A stretch of 64,000 nucleotides of DNA, taken from NCBI GenBank assembly GCA_002633005.1, contig NMRA01000054.1:1055541-1119540 (forward strand), in the 5' to 3' direction. A program made the translations under genes and the position numbers. The notes under the pieces are model-generated. The model worked only from the letters and a program-made list of their open reading frames with translations. It was not told the origin of the DNA and ran no database searches. Below are positions 23,001-35,900 of this stretch, piece by piece. Numbering within the stretch: the stretch's first letter is position 1; the number at the start of each line of letters is the position of its first letter. The stretch comes from Phoronis australis (taxonomy: Eukaryota; Animalia; Phoronida).

Positions 23001-26000
23001 AAATACCTCTGCCGAATAAGTAAGTGAAGGATAGTAGGTAGTTTTCAGCAATGGTAACTTTTATGCTTCAAACTTGGTTCCAGGCACCAATAATTGGAAA
23101 CAAATGCCTAGTAACTTGCAGGTTTCTTGGCAAAAGCTCCACTAGTAGATTCACAGGTTTAATATTGGGAAGAATTGTCATGATAATGACTTTTAATCGT
23201 AATTTGTAATTGACGTAAATATGTATTGAAAAATGTATTCATCAGTTCATGAAGCGGGGTATAATGTGATGATTTTTCATCTCATTTTTTAGTGAATTTC
23301 ATGTTTGGCAAAACTTGCTAACGTTGATCGTTTGTCAACTGCATTGCAGGACAATTGTCGGCTTGTAAAGATCGGCCGACATCGCTGAAAACCGGGAGAC
23401 ATGTATAAACGTGTTCTGTAGACACAAGAATTAGAGAGTAAATCTTATGATGACTTGCTTCACTGGCATGGTGGTATATGTCAAAGTCATGGGTAATCTC
23501 GTGTTTTTACAAGTTTTCTGGGTCTACAGAACGCCGGCCTGTCAAGTTAGGCAGTGAGGTTTAACGTCAGTGTGATTGAATGGTGCTTGAATCTTGCACA
23601 AAAAATTGCTAAAAGTCTATGTCTACATTTATTTGATGCATTTGTAGCTTATTCATTTTTTTGTTTTTTGTATGATTAATGCTTACGTCATACTAGCACC
23701 ACAAACTATGTTGCAGTTTACCAGTACTTTCAAAATATGTTGATCTCAAGTGACCATTGCCAATTCCCACTTTCTGTGATGTTACCGCATGTTTACAAGC
23801 AGAACTATCCCATAGTGCATTTGAGAAATGACAGCCGAGTGCCGTATGTAATTTCCTGAAATCAACAATTGGCCTTAAAATGGAAATAGTTATTGTTTAA
23901 AGCCATAATTTCTCTACCATGTTCATTCTAAAGTGCCTTAAGATAAAGTACGTACATATAATTTGCATTTCTGGCCATATTGTTTATGAATTAGCCCCAA
24001 ACTTACGTCTCCTAGGATCGCTGTCTATTTTATCTCTATTGATTTTACGTGCAGTGTATTTTTGTAGAATTTTATTTCTGTCCTTGAGGGAATTTTTGTT
24101 CTCATAGTGTGCTCTTGTTTCTCGTCTCCAAAGATACGATCAGTGTGAAACATGCTTTTAGTAGACTTCATCCAATAAATCCACTGTGAAAATCTGACTG
24201 AACACGAAGTGTATTCCAGCATAGACTGTATAGTACATGGACCCAACTTGATTCTCAGTACACGAGATCTGATGTTGCGCCCTAGCCGCGACCAACAGCA
24301 TTGTTGTTTCACTATTGACCGCAACATAACAATTTCATACACCTAGCAACTATGAAGACTTTATATTCAGTTTAGTTGGCATACCCCGACTATCAGGAAA
24401 ATATATATGATGATTTACTTTGTTCAAAATAAGTTTAGAATTACCGTAAGTGTAATTATGTAAAACACTATAGAGAAAAAAGTGTAATTATGGGTGTTAC
24501 TTGGCATATCCATTACAAAATGATAGATGCTGAGATAAATTCAATTCAACCATAACTGTTTATTGAACAGAACAAGAATGAATAAAAAGACACGGAAAAT
24601 AATGCGCATATGCTAATTTTTCGTTTATTTAGCACACAATATGACAGACAAGTAAAATTCAAATTTCTCCAGGAAAATAATTTAAGGGTTAAGAAAAATT
24701 CAGTCTATTACTAGCATATGAAACAATGTTTGTTAAGATTCCCATTATTTGTAGCAAAGTACTCTGCCTTTGAAAAAAAGGCAGAAATCACTAATTTGGC
24801 AGTTGTTTTTGTGCAAAATAACTGGAGAATTAAGTAGTCACCTGTGCCCAAAACACTTGGGCAAAATTTTGAAGGCATTTGTTCATCCATTCATTTGCTG
24901 TTGATGTGTTTAATTTCTATATTTAAGTTCAGTAATTAGTAAAGCAAAGTATAGCAGCAACCCTTTGACATGATTATGTGAATGTTTGATCTATAAATTG
25001 TGCATAACTTGAACCAGGTGTTGAAGTGTTGGAGCTGGGGATGAACATGGTGAGGAATTTGATTTGAACTTCCTTTGAGGTTAGGGGTCTGCTATACAAG
25101 CTCTTGTGGTAACTTTTCTTCCATTTCTTAGAATGCGGTGCAGCGAAATAAGTTTAGATGTTCTATTTTGTTTACCGTAAGTTCTTTAGTCAACGATACA
25201 CCTAGCATGGTTTGTACTTGTCATCAATCTTGGTAAGATTTTCTGTACCGCGGAAGTTGCTCAGTTTTTGAAAATGGTAATTTTAAATGTCAATTTTGGA
25301 AGTTATTGTAAATTTAACTGCGCACATCTAGTTTGTTTACTAAGTTTTGAATTAAGTTTGCAAAATTATCTTCGTAAGTGAGTTGATTAGGAACGGATTT
25401 ACATCACTTTTTGGCTAAAATGGTCTTAAATTGTCCGATAAAATTTTTTTTTATTTATCACTGCCATGATGCCTGTTATGAGTGCTCGTTAAAGTGTTCA
25501 TTGTAACAATTAACTCCTGCAGGAATACAACGATTCTGGTCACATCATCAAGCCATACATTTTCCACCTGAGGAAACTACTCAACCTAATTAAATTGGCT
25601 CTGGCAACTGTTTATTGTCAAGAAACAACATTTTCCGTCGCGTTATCTGGAGATTCAGAGTGAAGTGTAGATTTTGTATGCAGAAAAACTACAGCGTGTG
25701 GTTCGAAATCTATGATTCACCAATAGGATGCCTCTCAATAATGTAGTGTTCAATGCAATGAGCTATTCCTGGTATAGCTTATTGTTCACACCAAAATGTT
25801 TGTAACTCCGTGTGAACACAGTAATTGTAAAAGATACAATAACTCTGTTAGTGGCTCAACCATCAAATGTCTTTGGAAACAATGGCGCATCCAGGCACTG
25901 ATTGGGTTGAATATTAGAAAGTGATGAGATAGCACTGATGACTAGCCAGTGGTTATGGTAACTGTTACAAAGTGTTACAGCTGGGTTGGTCTGACCGCCT

Positions 26001-26512
26001 ACAGATCAAGTGATATCCACTTTGCTCAACCATTTATTGTGGTCAGTTTTATGATCCCTGCCTTCAAACCTTTGTGTAGGACCTGGTCAGTTTGTGCATT
26101 TAGATGTTGTTCCTTTGTATTGTAATGCCTATTTTATCTTGCAGAATTTATAGCATAGTCAGGACAATGTAATCCCCATAGTAGGTTGTCCAGTGTGGTT
26201 TGGAAGAATGGCTCTTTTGGCTTTCCCATACAGTTAACTTTGCTATTACTGAAGCTTCGATGTTAACTGTGGTCTTTAAACTCAGAGTATTGGTGAAAAA
26301 ATCAACATTGGCAGCTAAGCATGGCGAAATGCAGTTTTAACTCTGTCTAGGTACAATTGAGTACCTGGTAAGAATAAAAATTTGATACGAATTATTAAAA
26401 TTGTGTTACGTGTGATGATATGTAATTTGATTTGGAAACTGATAATGACTTATCATGATTTATGATTGCAGGTACATGATGTGATTGTGTGAACGATCTC
26501 TGCTGTAAAAGC

Positions 26513-26929
26513 ATGATTATGAACTCCACCATGGATATAACCATATTTCTGCTCGTGTATGTGACTAGTCTTCTCGCTGGCCTTGTGAATATCACAAGTG
26601 CCGATTTCATCGTACGACTCGGTGCCATACTCAGCTCCACAAGAATGGAGTCACTGTTCCGTCAAGTTGTTCAGGACACAAGCTCTTCCGGCATTCTACC
26701 GCCAGGGATTCGACTTGAGCCTATGCCTATGGTGATGCTTCCAAATCAAATAAAGGCCTCCATAGCCATGTGTGATGTTGTGTTGTCCAAACCTAATGTT
26801 TTGGCTACTGTGGTCAGCCATAGCCGGGGCCGAGTTGACCAGGCGCCCAGCACTATCTCGTACACACTAAACTTTTATCAGATACCCATCATCGGCATAA
26901 CGTCCAGGGACAGTACATTTTCAGACAAG
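26513..26929 (+). CDS. GRIN1: GRIN1-like coding exon 1 (signal peptide, ATD)
   Basis: [25 protein letters not shown]|gtaag; an upstream acceptor ending at 26471 implies earlier UTR exon(s). Confidence 0.9.
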
Positions 26930-29900
26930 GTAAGCGCTTCCTAGGGATTGACTTTGAGCGCCTCCTAATGATTGACTTGACTGGTGAAGGCTTTCATGGC
27001 AGACTTAGTACAGGTGAAAATTCAAACCATAACACATATATACCTATCTTTGTCAACTGAAGCACAAGTTTCAATTATCCCCATACACAACTGAGACCCA
27101 GCTGTCTTGGCTGCCAACAGTCAACAAGTACATAGTTTTAGGGTGTAATGAGGTTTCATAAAGTATTACATAGCTGACGAAGCAGCAGCAGGGCTGAATT
27201 CAGTGGGCTGTTGTGTTCGCATTAGTGAACTCCAACCTTCCAACAATCATCAGACAGTCAATTTTTAGCTGCTCTGCTGGGGGACTGATTCTAATCGCTC
27301 ATCAACGCTTTCGATGTTTTTATGTCAATTACAGAATGATTGAGCATTTTCTTCATTGAGTTTGTGTTGAGGGGGCTGTGACCTAAAATTTTGGTTTGCA
27401 TGCTTAAGAGAAAACACTTAAAATAAAAGGGTGGGTTTTGAGTGTGGCACTGCTGAGGATCATCAGTTATTGTTGGTAGTTAAGTAATGCTCCTTAAGAA
27501 AGCACTTACAATGGATGCCTCCATTATTTGGTTACTTTTAAATTCTTAACGCTTTTAAATTGTTATTCAATGCCATTTGATTACTTCCAGTGTGTTAGCA
27601 TACTGATAAGACCTCTATATATTGTTTTGCCTTGTATTTATAATTTCCAGTGTTGAATAAAATAGGTTTTCTGATTGAAAATTATCAATAATTAGGGGCG
27701 GCATCATGCTCAAAACTGTCAACTACTTTTGGTGAATCATATAATGAGACTCTGTTAGCCACTTGCTAATGGGGGTTTGTCCGGACATTAATCTATTGGC
27801 CAAATGGTTAGGATGCTTGGTGGTTTTATCATGGGTCGCTGTTTTGATGTCTGGATCGGGTGATCTTTGGCAGTTACTACAGGGCTCTCGTCAAAGCAAG
27901 AAGTGTTGCAAATGAAGGAATTTGCAAGCATGATGTATCTTCCACTGACTTGTCACATACTTTAGTATCACGCACAATTTTTTTGCCATTTCTTGCCGAG
28001 GGCTTTCTCCTTTGGAAAGGCAAAAAGTGCCACAGCGTGATTGAAAGCAGTGCGTTGTCACATCCACCACAAACACAGTGCCTCACCGTAGCGAAATTGT
28101 CTTAAAATAATGCGAAATGATGTTGATAGGATAAGTATTAGCTGAGGAAACACCCCAGTTATAGAACTTATCTTAGACTTTCATTTCAGGAGATTCACAA
28201 GCTATTTCTACGTACTGTACCCCCCTACTCCTACCAGTCGGACATATGGGTAGATATTGCCCACCACTTTGGTTGGACATCAGTCATATTCATACACAGC
28301 AACGATGCCGAGGGCCAGGCTATGCTGAGTCGGTTCCAGAATCAAGCTAGGGGGGATGCTGTCAAGGTATGTCAGGGGATTTGGGGATAAGGAGTGCATT
28401 CCTGGTAAAAGAGCAGATGTTTGTAAAGCATTGTTGACTTGTCGCGTACAGGGATATAAGTAGACTTTGGGCATAGGTAGACTTTAATAGGTAGAATTTG
28501 GGTGTAGGTAGTCTTTGGGTATAGGTAGACTTTGAATATAGGTAGACTTTGGGTATAGGTAGACTTTGGCTCTTGCGATCCTCTTACTATGGTGATGATG
28601 ACGCCTTCCCTTATATTAGAATTTTGGAATATATTGCTGTGTACAGTAATTCTCATATTTCACACACACATAATTAATTGCTAAAATTGTTACTTTTCCA
28701 CTTTTCAAAGACTGATGACTGTTTAGATGTCATGAAACAACATTTGGTTAAGTTCCATCTCTTGCAGCAAAGTAATCAACCTTAGAAATTTAGAATATAA
28801 ATCGGTAAATAAAACAACAAGAATGGATCAATTGAAATTTGAAATTGACAATTGTCATATAGTGTTTGATTTTACTTTACAAAGGAAGTTATTACATCCG
28901 AAAATTTCAAATTTCAGTTGATCCATTCTTGTTGTTTTATTTACCGATTGATATTCTACATTTCATGAAACAATAGTATCCTTGGGAGGATCTGAATCGC
29001 CTTATTTAGTTTCAGATTTATTTTCTACGTTAGAAATTTAGAAAATGCCAGTTTTGGTAACTATTATTGTGCGAAATAATTGAATAATAACTGTACGCGT
29101 TTTCATCTCTGTGTGCTTGTAATCCAAGCAATCCGTTGTAAAAACAGGCTTCTTGAAAAAGTGACAGGATGCATTTTTGGCTCATTTGTTTTTTTGATAT
29201 TTGCAGTCATGGGAGGACAATGCCTGTTGCATATCATTAAATATGTATGTTTTGATCAAGAGCGAAAGACAAACTAATTAATTTACTTTGTATTAATTAA
29301 GCCAAGAGCTAAAGGTCGGTGCCCTTTGCTATTTGATGGTTGAGACTCACTGCTTTGGAGCTGTGCTATAAACACTGCAAACTATGTGCAAACTGCACTT
29401 CATAATGTTAAGACCAGTATGAACGAGTTGACGATTACCTTGTGACAAGTTTGATGTATTACCAGCATTGCTGTCTGGGATAACTGGTAATAGTTCCATG
29501 AGTTGGTTTGTAACACAGCCCTCTGTTACTGTAAAATCTTCAACATATTAATGAGGCAGAAAAGTAAAATTTAATTAATTTGTTTTAAATCATTTTAGTT
29601 CCAGATGTCCCGAGAAATTCCAAACCTTCTCAAACAATGTTAGGAGCCTTGAAAAATGAAAAGACAAATTTTTGTCATTTTTTTCAAAATTGGAGAGGTT
29701 TACTATGTGATCAAACACATTATGGCCTGAAAGCATGAAAATTTTGAGACATCCAGTTGAGAAAACAGATCAAGTTTGAGTCTAATACTGGAATTAAAAC
29801 TTACAAATATTAGCGACGTTGCGTCCTTATCTCACGGACTTCAGCTTGGCTTGTGACATTATCTCTCCATGAGCGCATTGAGAGTCCCTCTTTGAATAAA

Positions 29901-32900
29901 AGAGGCAGTTTACGATTCGATTTGTCACACGTATGGGATGGTGTACTGACGTCAATGCCGCGCCGTTTAGCCAAAACGCCACCAATTGGCCAGAATAACG
30001 ATTACGTCACAAGCCAAGCCGAAGTCCGTGAGATGCAGACGCAACGTCGCTAATGTTTGTAAGTTTTAATTCCAGTATTACACTCAAACTTGATCCACAT
30101 TATGGCCTATTTATTAATCTTCTCATACCTTACTGCCAAATAAGATATGTGGTAGCACAAAGTTATCTAGTGAGAACAAAATGATGTGATGTATTGGTGG
30201 CATGGATAAGGGTCAAAGAAGTGCAACTTGGCACCGATACGACTACTTACTGAACCAGTGTAAGTTGCCCTGGACCAGCTTGTCCCTACACAAGAGTCCA
30301 TGTGAACAGAAGTAGTGTCAAGGTGTTAGAAATTATTAGCTAGAGTTCACACTCATATAGCTTAGTTCACTTTTCTCAGACGCTTTTCTCTTACTATATA
30401 TGACAGGGACTTTCTTGTTATTTCTGCCATGATACTGGTGGCAGTTTTATCCAGGTGGATGCTGAGCTGATCAGGGTCAAGTTTTCTGTGTGGAAACTTG
30501 AACCTTAATTTTGTTAACACAGCATAAATATTCAGTGAATGATAGCCAAACGCTTATCACAAAAACAGCCCTGGTTGATATGATTGGATAAAACTTTTTT
30601 GTTGGATTGTACAGTACACACCAAATGAAAACAGTCAAAGTATCGCTTTCCCACCGTGGCAGTCAATTCACCTGCAGATTTATTCTGGGTAATTCTGATT
30701 CATAATGATGGGTAATGTCCTGTCCTGGTTGTGACGTCATTACGCAATCTGCCGAGCCCATCATGTATGCATAGTATAAGTTGTGTGGGATACACAAAGT
30801 GACATTTTGTCAGGAATTATCATACATAACAATATATTGTTTGCTGATGCCATGTTCAAAGCAGTGAGTTATACCTTCAGTCAAAATCTCACGACTGCAT
30901 CGGGTGTGCATGGCGCACATAAATTTTAAAGGCACAGTCAGACACATTAACTCCTAATTCTCATTTACACTGTTTTATACAAGTCTAATAGAAACACGGC
31001 TCTCACATACGGAAGAGTGGGGGCGAGTGAGTGACCCAATTAGTCATGCGTATATCACGTGTCCTTGCTCGAATGGTGCAGCTTCTTTAATACTTATTAC
31101 AAAGGTTTGTTTAAGCTTGATTAAATCCTAACGAGCGGAATAAGTAAATAGCCTTTCTGGTGAATTCCCAGTCATAACGTATGGGTACAATGACTGTCAA
31201 TTCTGCTTACACTCGGGGAAATTTTGCTTTCGTGCAGCCATCATGACGCGGAATAATGGATCATTTTATCCGATTGCTTTTGCTGTGTTCTATAAGTGCA
31301 GCCTGGAAAAAATTAGAGGAATAAAATTCACTATGCCTCAATTACTTGTATGGAAATTGCAGGTTGCCATGGCAGTTGTTAGCTGATTTTATTTATGAGT
31401 GTTTAATCAATACAGTCTTCAGCTGACCTAAAGGAATTCTGGGTGGGATGACTTCAGTGCTTTACTCAGTTTTAGGTTATTTGCTAATTTACACTGTTGT
31501 CCTGTTCTTGCAAAAAGTATGCAAATCAACTATTATTATCAGAATTGGGAAAAAATTAAAATTTGGGAAGCGAATCTTGTGAGTTGCACATGCTGTGTTT
31601 TCCCTATGATGAAATTCAAATTAACCAACTGGAGAGCTGGATGCTGGTTTAATCATCTTTAGGTGGCACTCAACAGTTTGTGTTGATTTTGGGCTCGAAA
31701 CGAAACAGATCTTGGCAGCAGTCTGTTCCTCAGGATGTGCAAAAGCAGAGAATATGAACAAGATACTTGGCCAAATACTTCGAAATCGTACGCACAAAGT
31801 CTATTGAAATTGATTGCAAAGTCAATTTTTCCACCTATTGCAGTTACTGGAAGTGCAGTTGGCAACGTAAAATGAGCAAAAACAGAAATCAAGTGACTAA
31901 AAGTGGGTGTTGACCAGCCAGATTTTTACAAATCCGAGGTGCCTAAATTTCAGCTTCCCATTTCCAAGGCATAAAGATTTAAGAAAGCCATGACTGAGCA
32001 AGAAGTGGTTCAAGGGATCAACAACTGGCAATCTTTCAATCAGAACAGACTCAAAAACCAAGCAATTATCATTCGTCGCTGTCACATAAGCACAAAACTT
32101 AAAATGCCCAACCAACTCAGAAGGCACCGATTTTTAATGGGAAGTCGAATTTAACTGTGGCTCAAAAACTAAACTGCCATCTTACATTGTCTATAGCTCA
32201 TTGCCCTCTATTCAAAATCTTCATTGGCATGTCTGAGGTTCCCAGTTCTTGAAATCCCTCCTTCTGCGTGATTAGACATGGCCCAGGAGTATAATCTCTG
32301 TACTCAAAGTCAAACTTGACAGTAGTTTTTGCATTTTCCTTTCTACTTTGCTCTAACTTCAGATAAGTGGCTATAATTTTATGCTTGAATACATCATGGT
32401 TTATGTATTAGACTGTTATCCAAATAAACTGCAATAGGTAGCATAATAGATTCTTTACCTTGAGTCCGGGGATAATGTAGCATTTCAAGTTGGATTACCA
32501 ATATAAAATTAGAGTCCGGGCCCTGATCTTATTGAGGAAGAAAATATTAAGGTGTTGTTTTAACACATTTACCAGTTTGAATTGAAAAGTACGCAGTGTG
32601 AATTACAAAAAAACATCTGTCACAGGGTGACATAATTGTCCCCTGTCACCTCAGACTACATGCATTTTCAGGTTATAATTTTATGTGGAAATGATTTTTG
32701 TCTAACCAATGGCCGAAAGAAAGATTCCTGCGGAGATATCACGCCAGCAACTTTTTTTAAGTAAAAACTTGATTTTAGGCTATTTGAACTAAATGAAATG
32801 TAAAACAAGTTGTTTTGTTGGTTAATCTTTGGTATGCCAAATGAGCTTAATTCCCAAAATAACATTAATTTGTGTTACCATGGCAACACACACTCAACCT

Positions 32901-35900
32901 AATGCATTAATTGGGCATTAGCCTTAGGTTATCACTTCTAGGAAAACGGTGGTGTTACTGGGTAATTCTTTTCATAGCAGTAGTATTTTTAACAGATGTC
33001 AGTGTACACCACATGTCCAGGGTAGCATTGGGACCTAGTACTAGACTACTAGTTAATGTCATTCATGCCACTCTGTCACTCAGAAGAGTTAACTCCCCTG
33101 AGCTGAAACTACATCTTGAAGAAACCATCACTAACTTAAGTGCTTTATACATAATTGAGCTAACTGTTACAGCTGCGCACATTTCGAATAAATAATCATG
33201 TTTTGTAGTTTGTGTTAAGGACATCCACGTATCAAGTTCAATTTAAAGTGGAAGATCCGTCAATTTTCAGTGACCTCAACGAAGAACAGTAGATCGCAGT
33301 TTTAAATATGTGCTGGTACCCAGGGTAGAATTGTGTGTACGGCGTATACTAGAGTATATTGAATAGAATACCAATGTGTGTGGTTGAGGTTCTTGGCTGT
33401 TTAAATTAACTAAGGATTCTCACCATGTAGATGAAAGTTGGGCATTAACCTTTCATTACATTTGGAACTTATTACTTCAATGTGGTCTGAGTGTCAATTT
33501 AAGAGTTGTAGAACTACGTTTTCATGTGTTACTTTTCAAGGTACGCTTTGAAGGCCATTTATCATCAATTTCACATATTTGAGTCAATATTAAAGGCATT
33601 CTGACCTTTTTCGGTCAGTTTCAGTAAAAATGAAATTGATGAAATAAACAGTTTCCTCAATCATGAAGTATGACATATAGTAAGCGAATGTCAGAGAATG
33701 TCAGCCGGTTCGAATAAGCTCTGTTGTCTTGCTTTTTTCGTGTGTGTTCTTTAGCTGAGAAACCTGGCGATTTTCAGTCCCAACCTTGGTACATAAAAAT
33801 TAACTGTTTTACTTGAGCATTGACGGCAGATTAATACAACTAATACTGACTGCCAATCGTGCAATAAAGGCGAACACTGTGTGACTTACTCTAGTGTAAC
33901 ACTTGAAATTTAAAAAGGTTCTAAGTATCTTTTGTAATTCTGTTTGTTTGTCTTTCTGTCTTTGTACATTTTTACTGAGGGCCCCCATGGAAAGCAGTGA
34001 AAACTGATGGGGTCACCCTCATTGTAAATATTACATGAAATAACTAAATTAATAAGTATTGACAAAAAAAAAATTTTCTGTGTAAAAAATGATGTTTGAT
34101 GTTGGTGCAATGTGATGTCGTATGGTGAATATGTTGGTGCACTGTGATGTCGTATGGTGAATATGTTGGTGCAGTGTGATGTCGTATGGTGAATATGTTT
34201 GTGCACTGTGATGTCGTGTGGTGAATAATTATGTTGGTACACTGTGATGTCGTGTGGTGAATATGTTGGTGCACTGTGATGTCGTATGGTGAATATGTTG
34301 GTGCACTNTACATGAAATAACTAAATTAATAAGTATTGACAAAAAAAAAATTTCTGTGTAAAAAATGATGTTTGATGTTGGTGCAATGTGATGTCGTATG
34401 GTGAATATGTTGGTGCACTGTGATGTCGTATGGTGAATATGTTGGTGCAGTGTGATGTCGTATGGTGAATATGTTTGTGCACTGTGATGTCGTGTGGTGA
34501 ATAATTATGTTGGTACACTGTGATGTCGTGTGGTGAATATGTTGGTGCACTGTGATGTCGTATGGTGAATATGTTTGTGCACTGTGATGTCGTATGGTGA
34601 ATATGTTGGTGCACGGTGATGTCATATGGTGAATATGTTGGTGCACTGTGATGTCATGTGGTGAATATGTTGGTGCACTGTGATGTCGTGTGGTGAATAT
34701 GTTGGTGCACGGTGATGTCGTGTGGTGAATATGTTGGTGCACTGTGATGTCGTATGGTGAATATGTTGACCTTCAGCTGTTGATAGGTAATGTGAAAATT
34801 CCACGAATTACAAATTTCATGATTGTGTTCAAAAGTCTATGCCCATATTCAGGAGTGCATGAAGCTTGGCATCAATACAATGAAATGATGCCTGAAACTC
34901 AAAATGTTTGTTTTGCTAAAGAAATGACCACGTTAAAATTTCTTAAATTATTGCAAAAATTGACATATTTCTTTTTTTCAGAGGCTAATCACATTGTTGC
35001 CAATACTCAAAATTTTACCAAATGCTGTTTGGTTATAGATACACCATACAAACCATGCTAAAAGCAAATTTTCTTGAACGATTATTTTTTCATAAATTTG
35101 ACAAAATATCACGTGTCTGCCATATTGTGTCCCAAAGTGAAGATTTTTTACCATAGTATTTCACAAGTTCAAACTTGTTCCATAGTTTCTCAAACTTGCT
35201 GCAGGTGAACCAATCTCGTCACTGCAAAATTCAAACTTGTTATTGCAACAAGTCTAGTCACGCTGTGAACAACACTAAGTAGAGATGTAAATTTGTGTGC
35301 GTACCTACGAATCCGTGTTTCATTAGTTTTACAGGTTTTGTTTTTACAAGGTCAGGAATTTCTGGTAGTGAGTTCTGCCTGTTTTTGTAATTTCTTCCGA
35401 ACCAAAAGTACGTTCATCATACTTTCCAAAAGGGAGACATGTTTGGGTAAAAACACATCGAAATGTCATATGTCTGCTGGTCTAGATCAAAACATGTAAC
35501 AACAATAGAACTCTGTTTTACCTATGTACTGCAGGTATATGCCGGTATATCCTTGTGTGTTAATGATAGAACCTCTCTCTATATGCACAGTGTGCTTGGT
35601 GTCGGATGGTAGCTTGTTTTACATTCTATAGAAAAGCTTGGGTTGAGCTACGGCAATACTCTGTTTACTACCAAGTAGTCAACAGTCAATAGCCCCGCCC
35701 TGTATCACAAAAATGTGATTTAAATCCTCCAATATTTACCCATTATGCTTCGTACACATTAGTCACTTCTTTATCTGTTTTCTCAATCACTATACTGGTC
35801 ACTGTGTTATGTCTATATTGTTGTAACGTATAATTTTGTGATACTGAAAGATTTGCTGTTGGCCTGATTGAGTTGCGCTGGTGACACCACTAAATGTGTA

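Noticed and set aside
33910-34804. His/Thr-rich repetitive ORFs, and possible CRISPR-like periodicity
   Set aside because: They are translations of a 32-bp head-to-tail minisatellite with no unique spacers, in a eukaryotic context.
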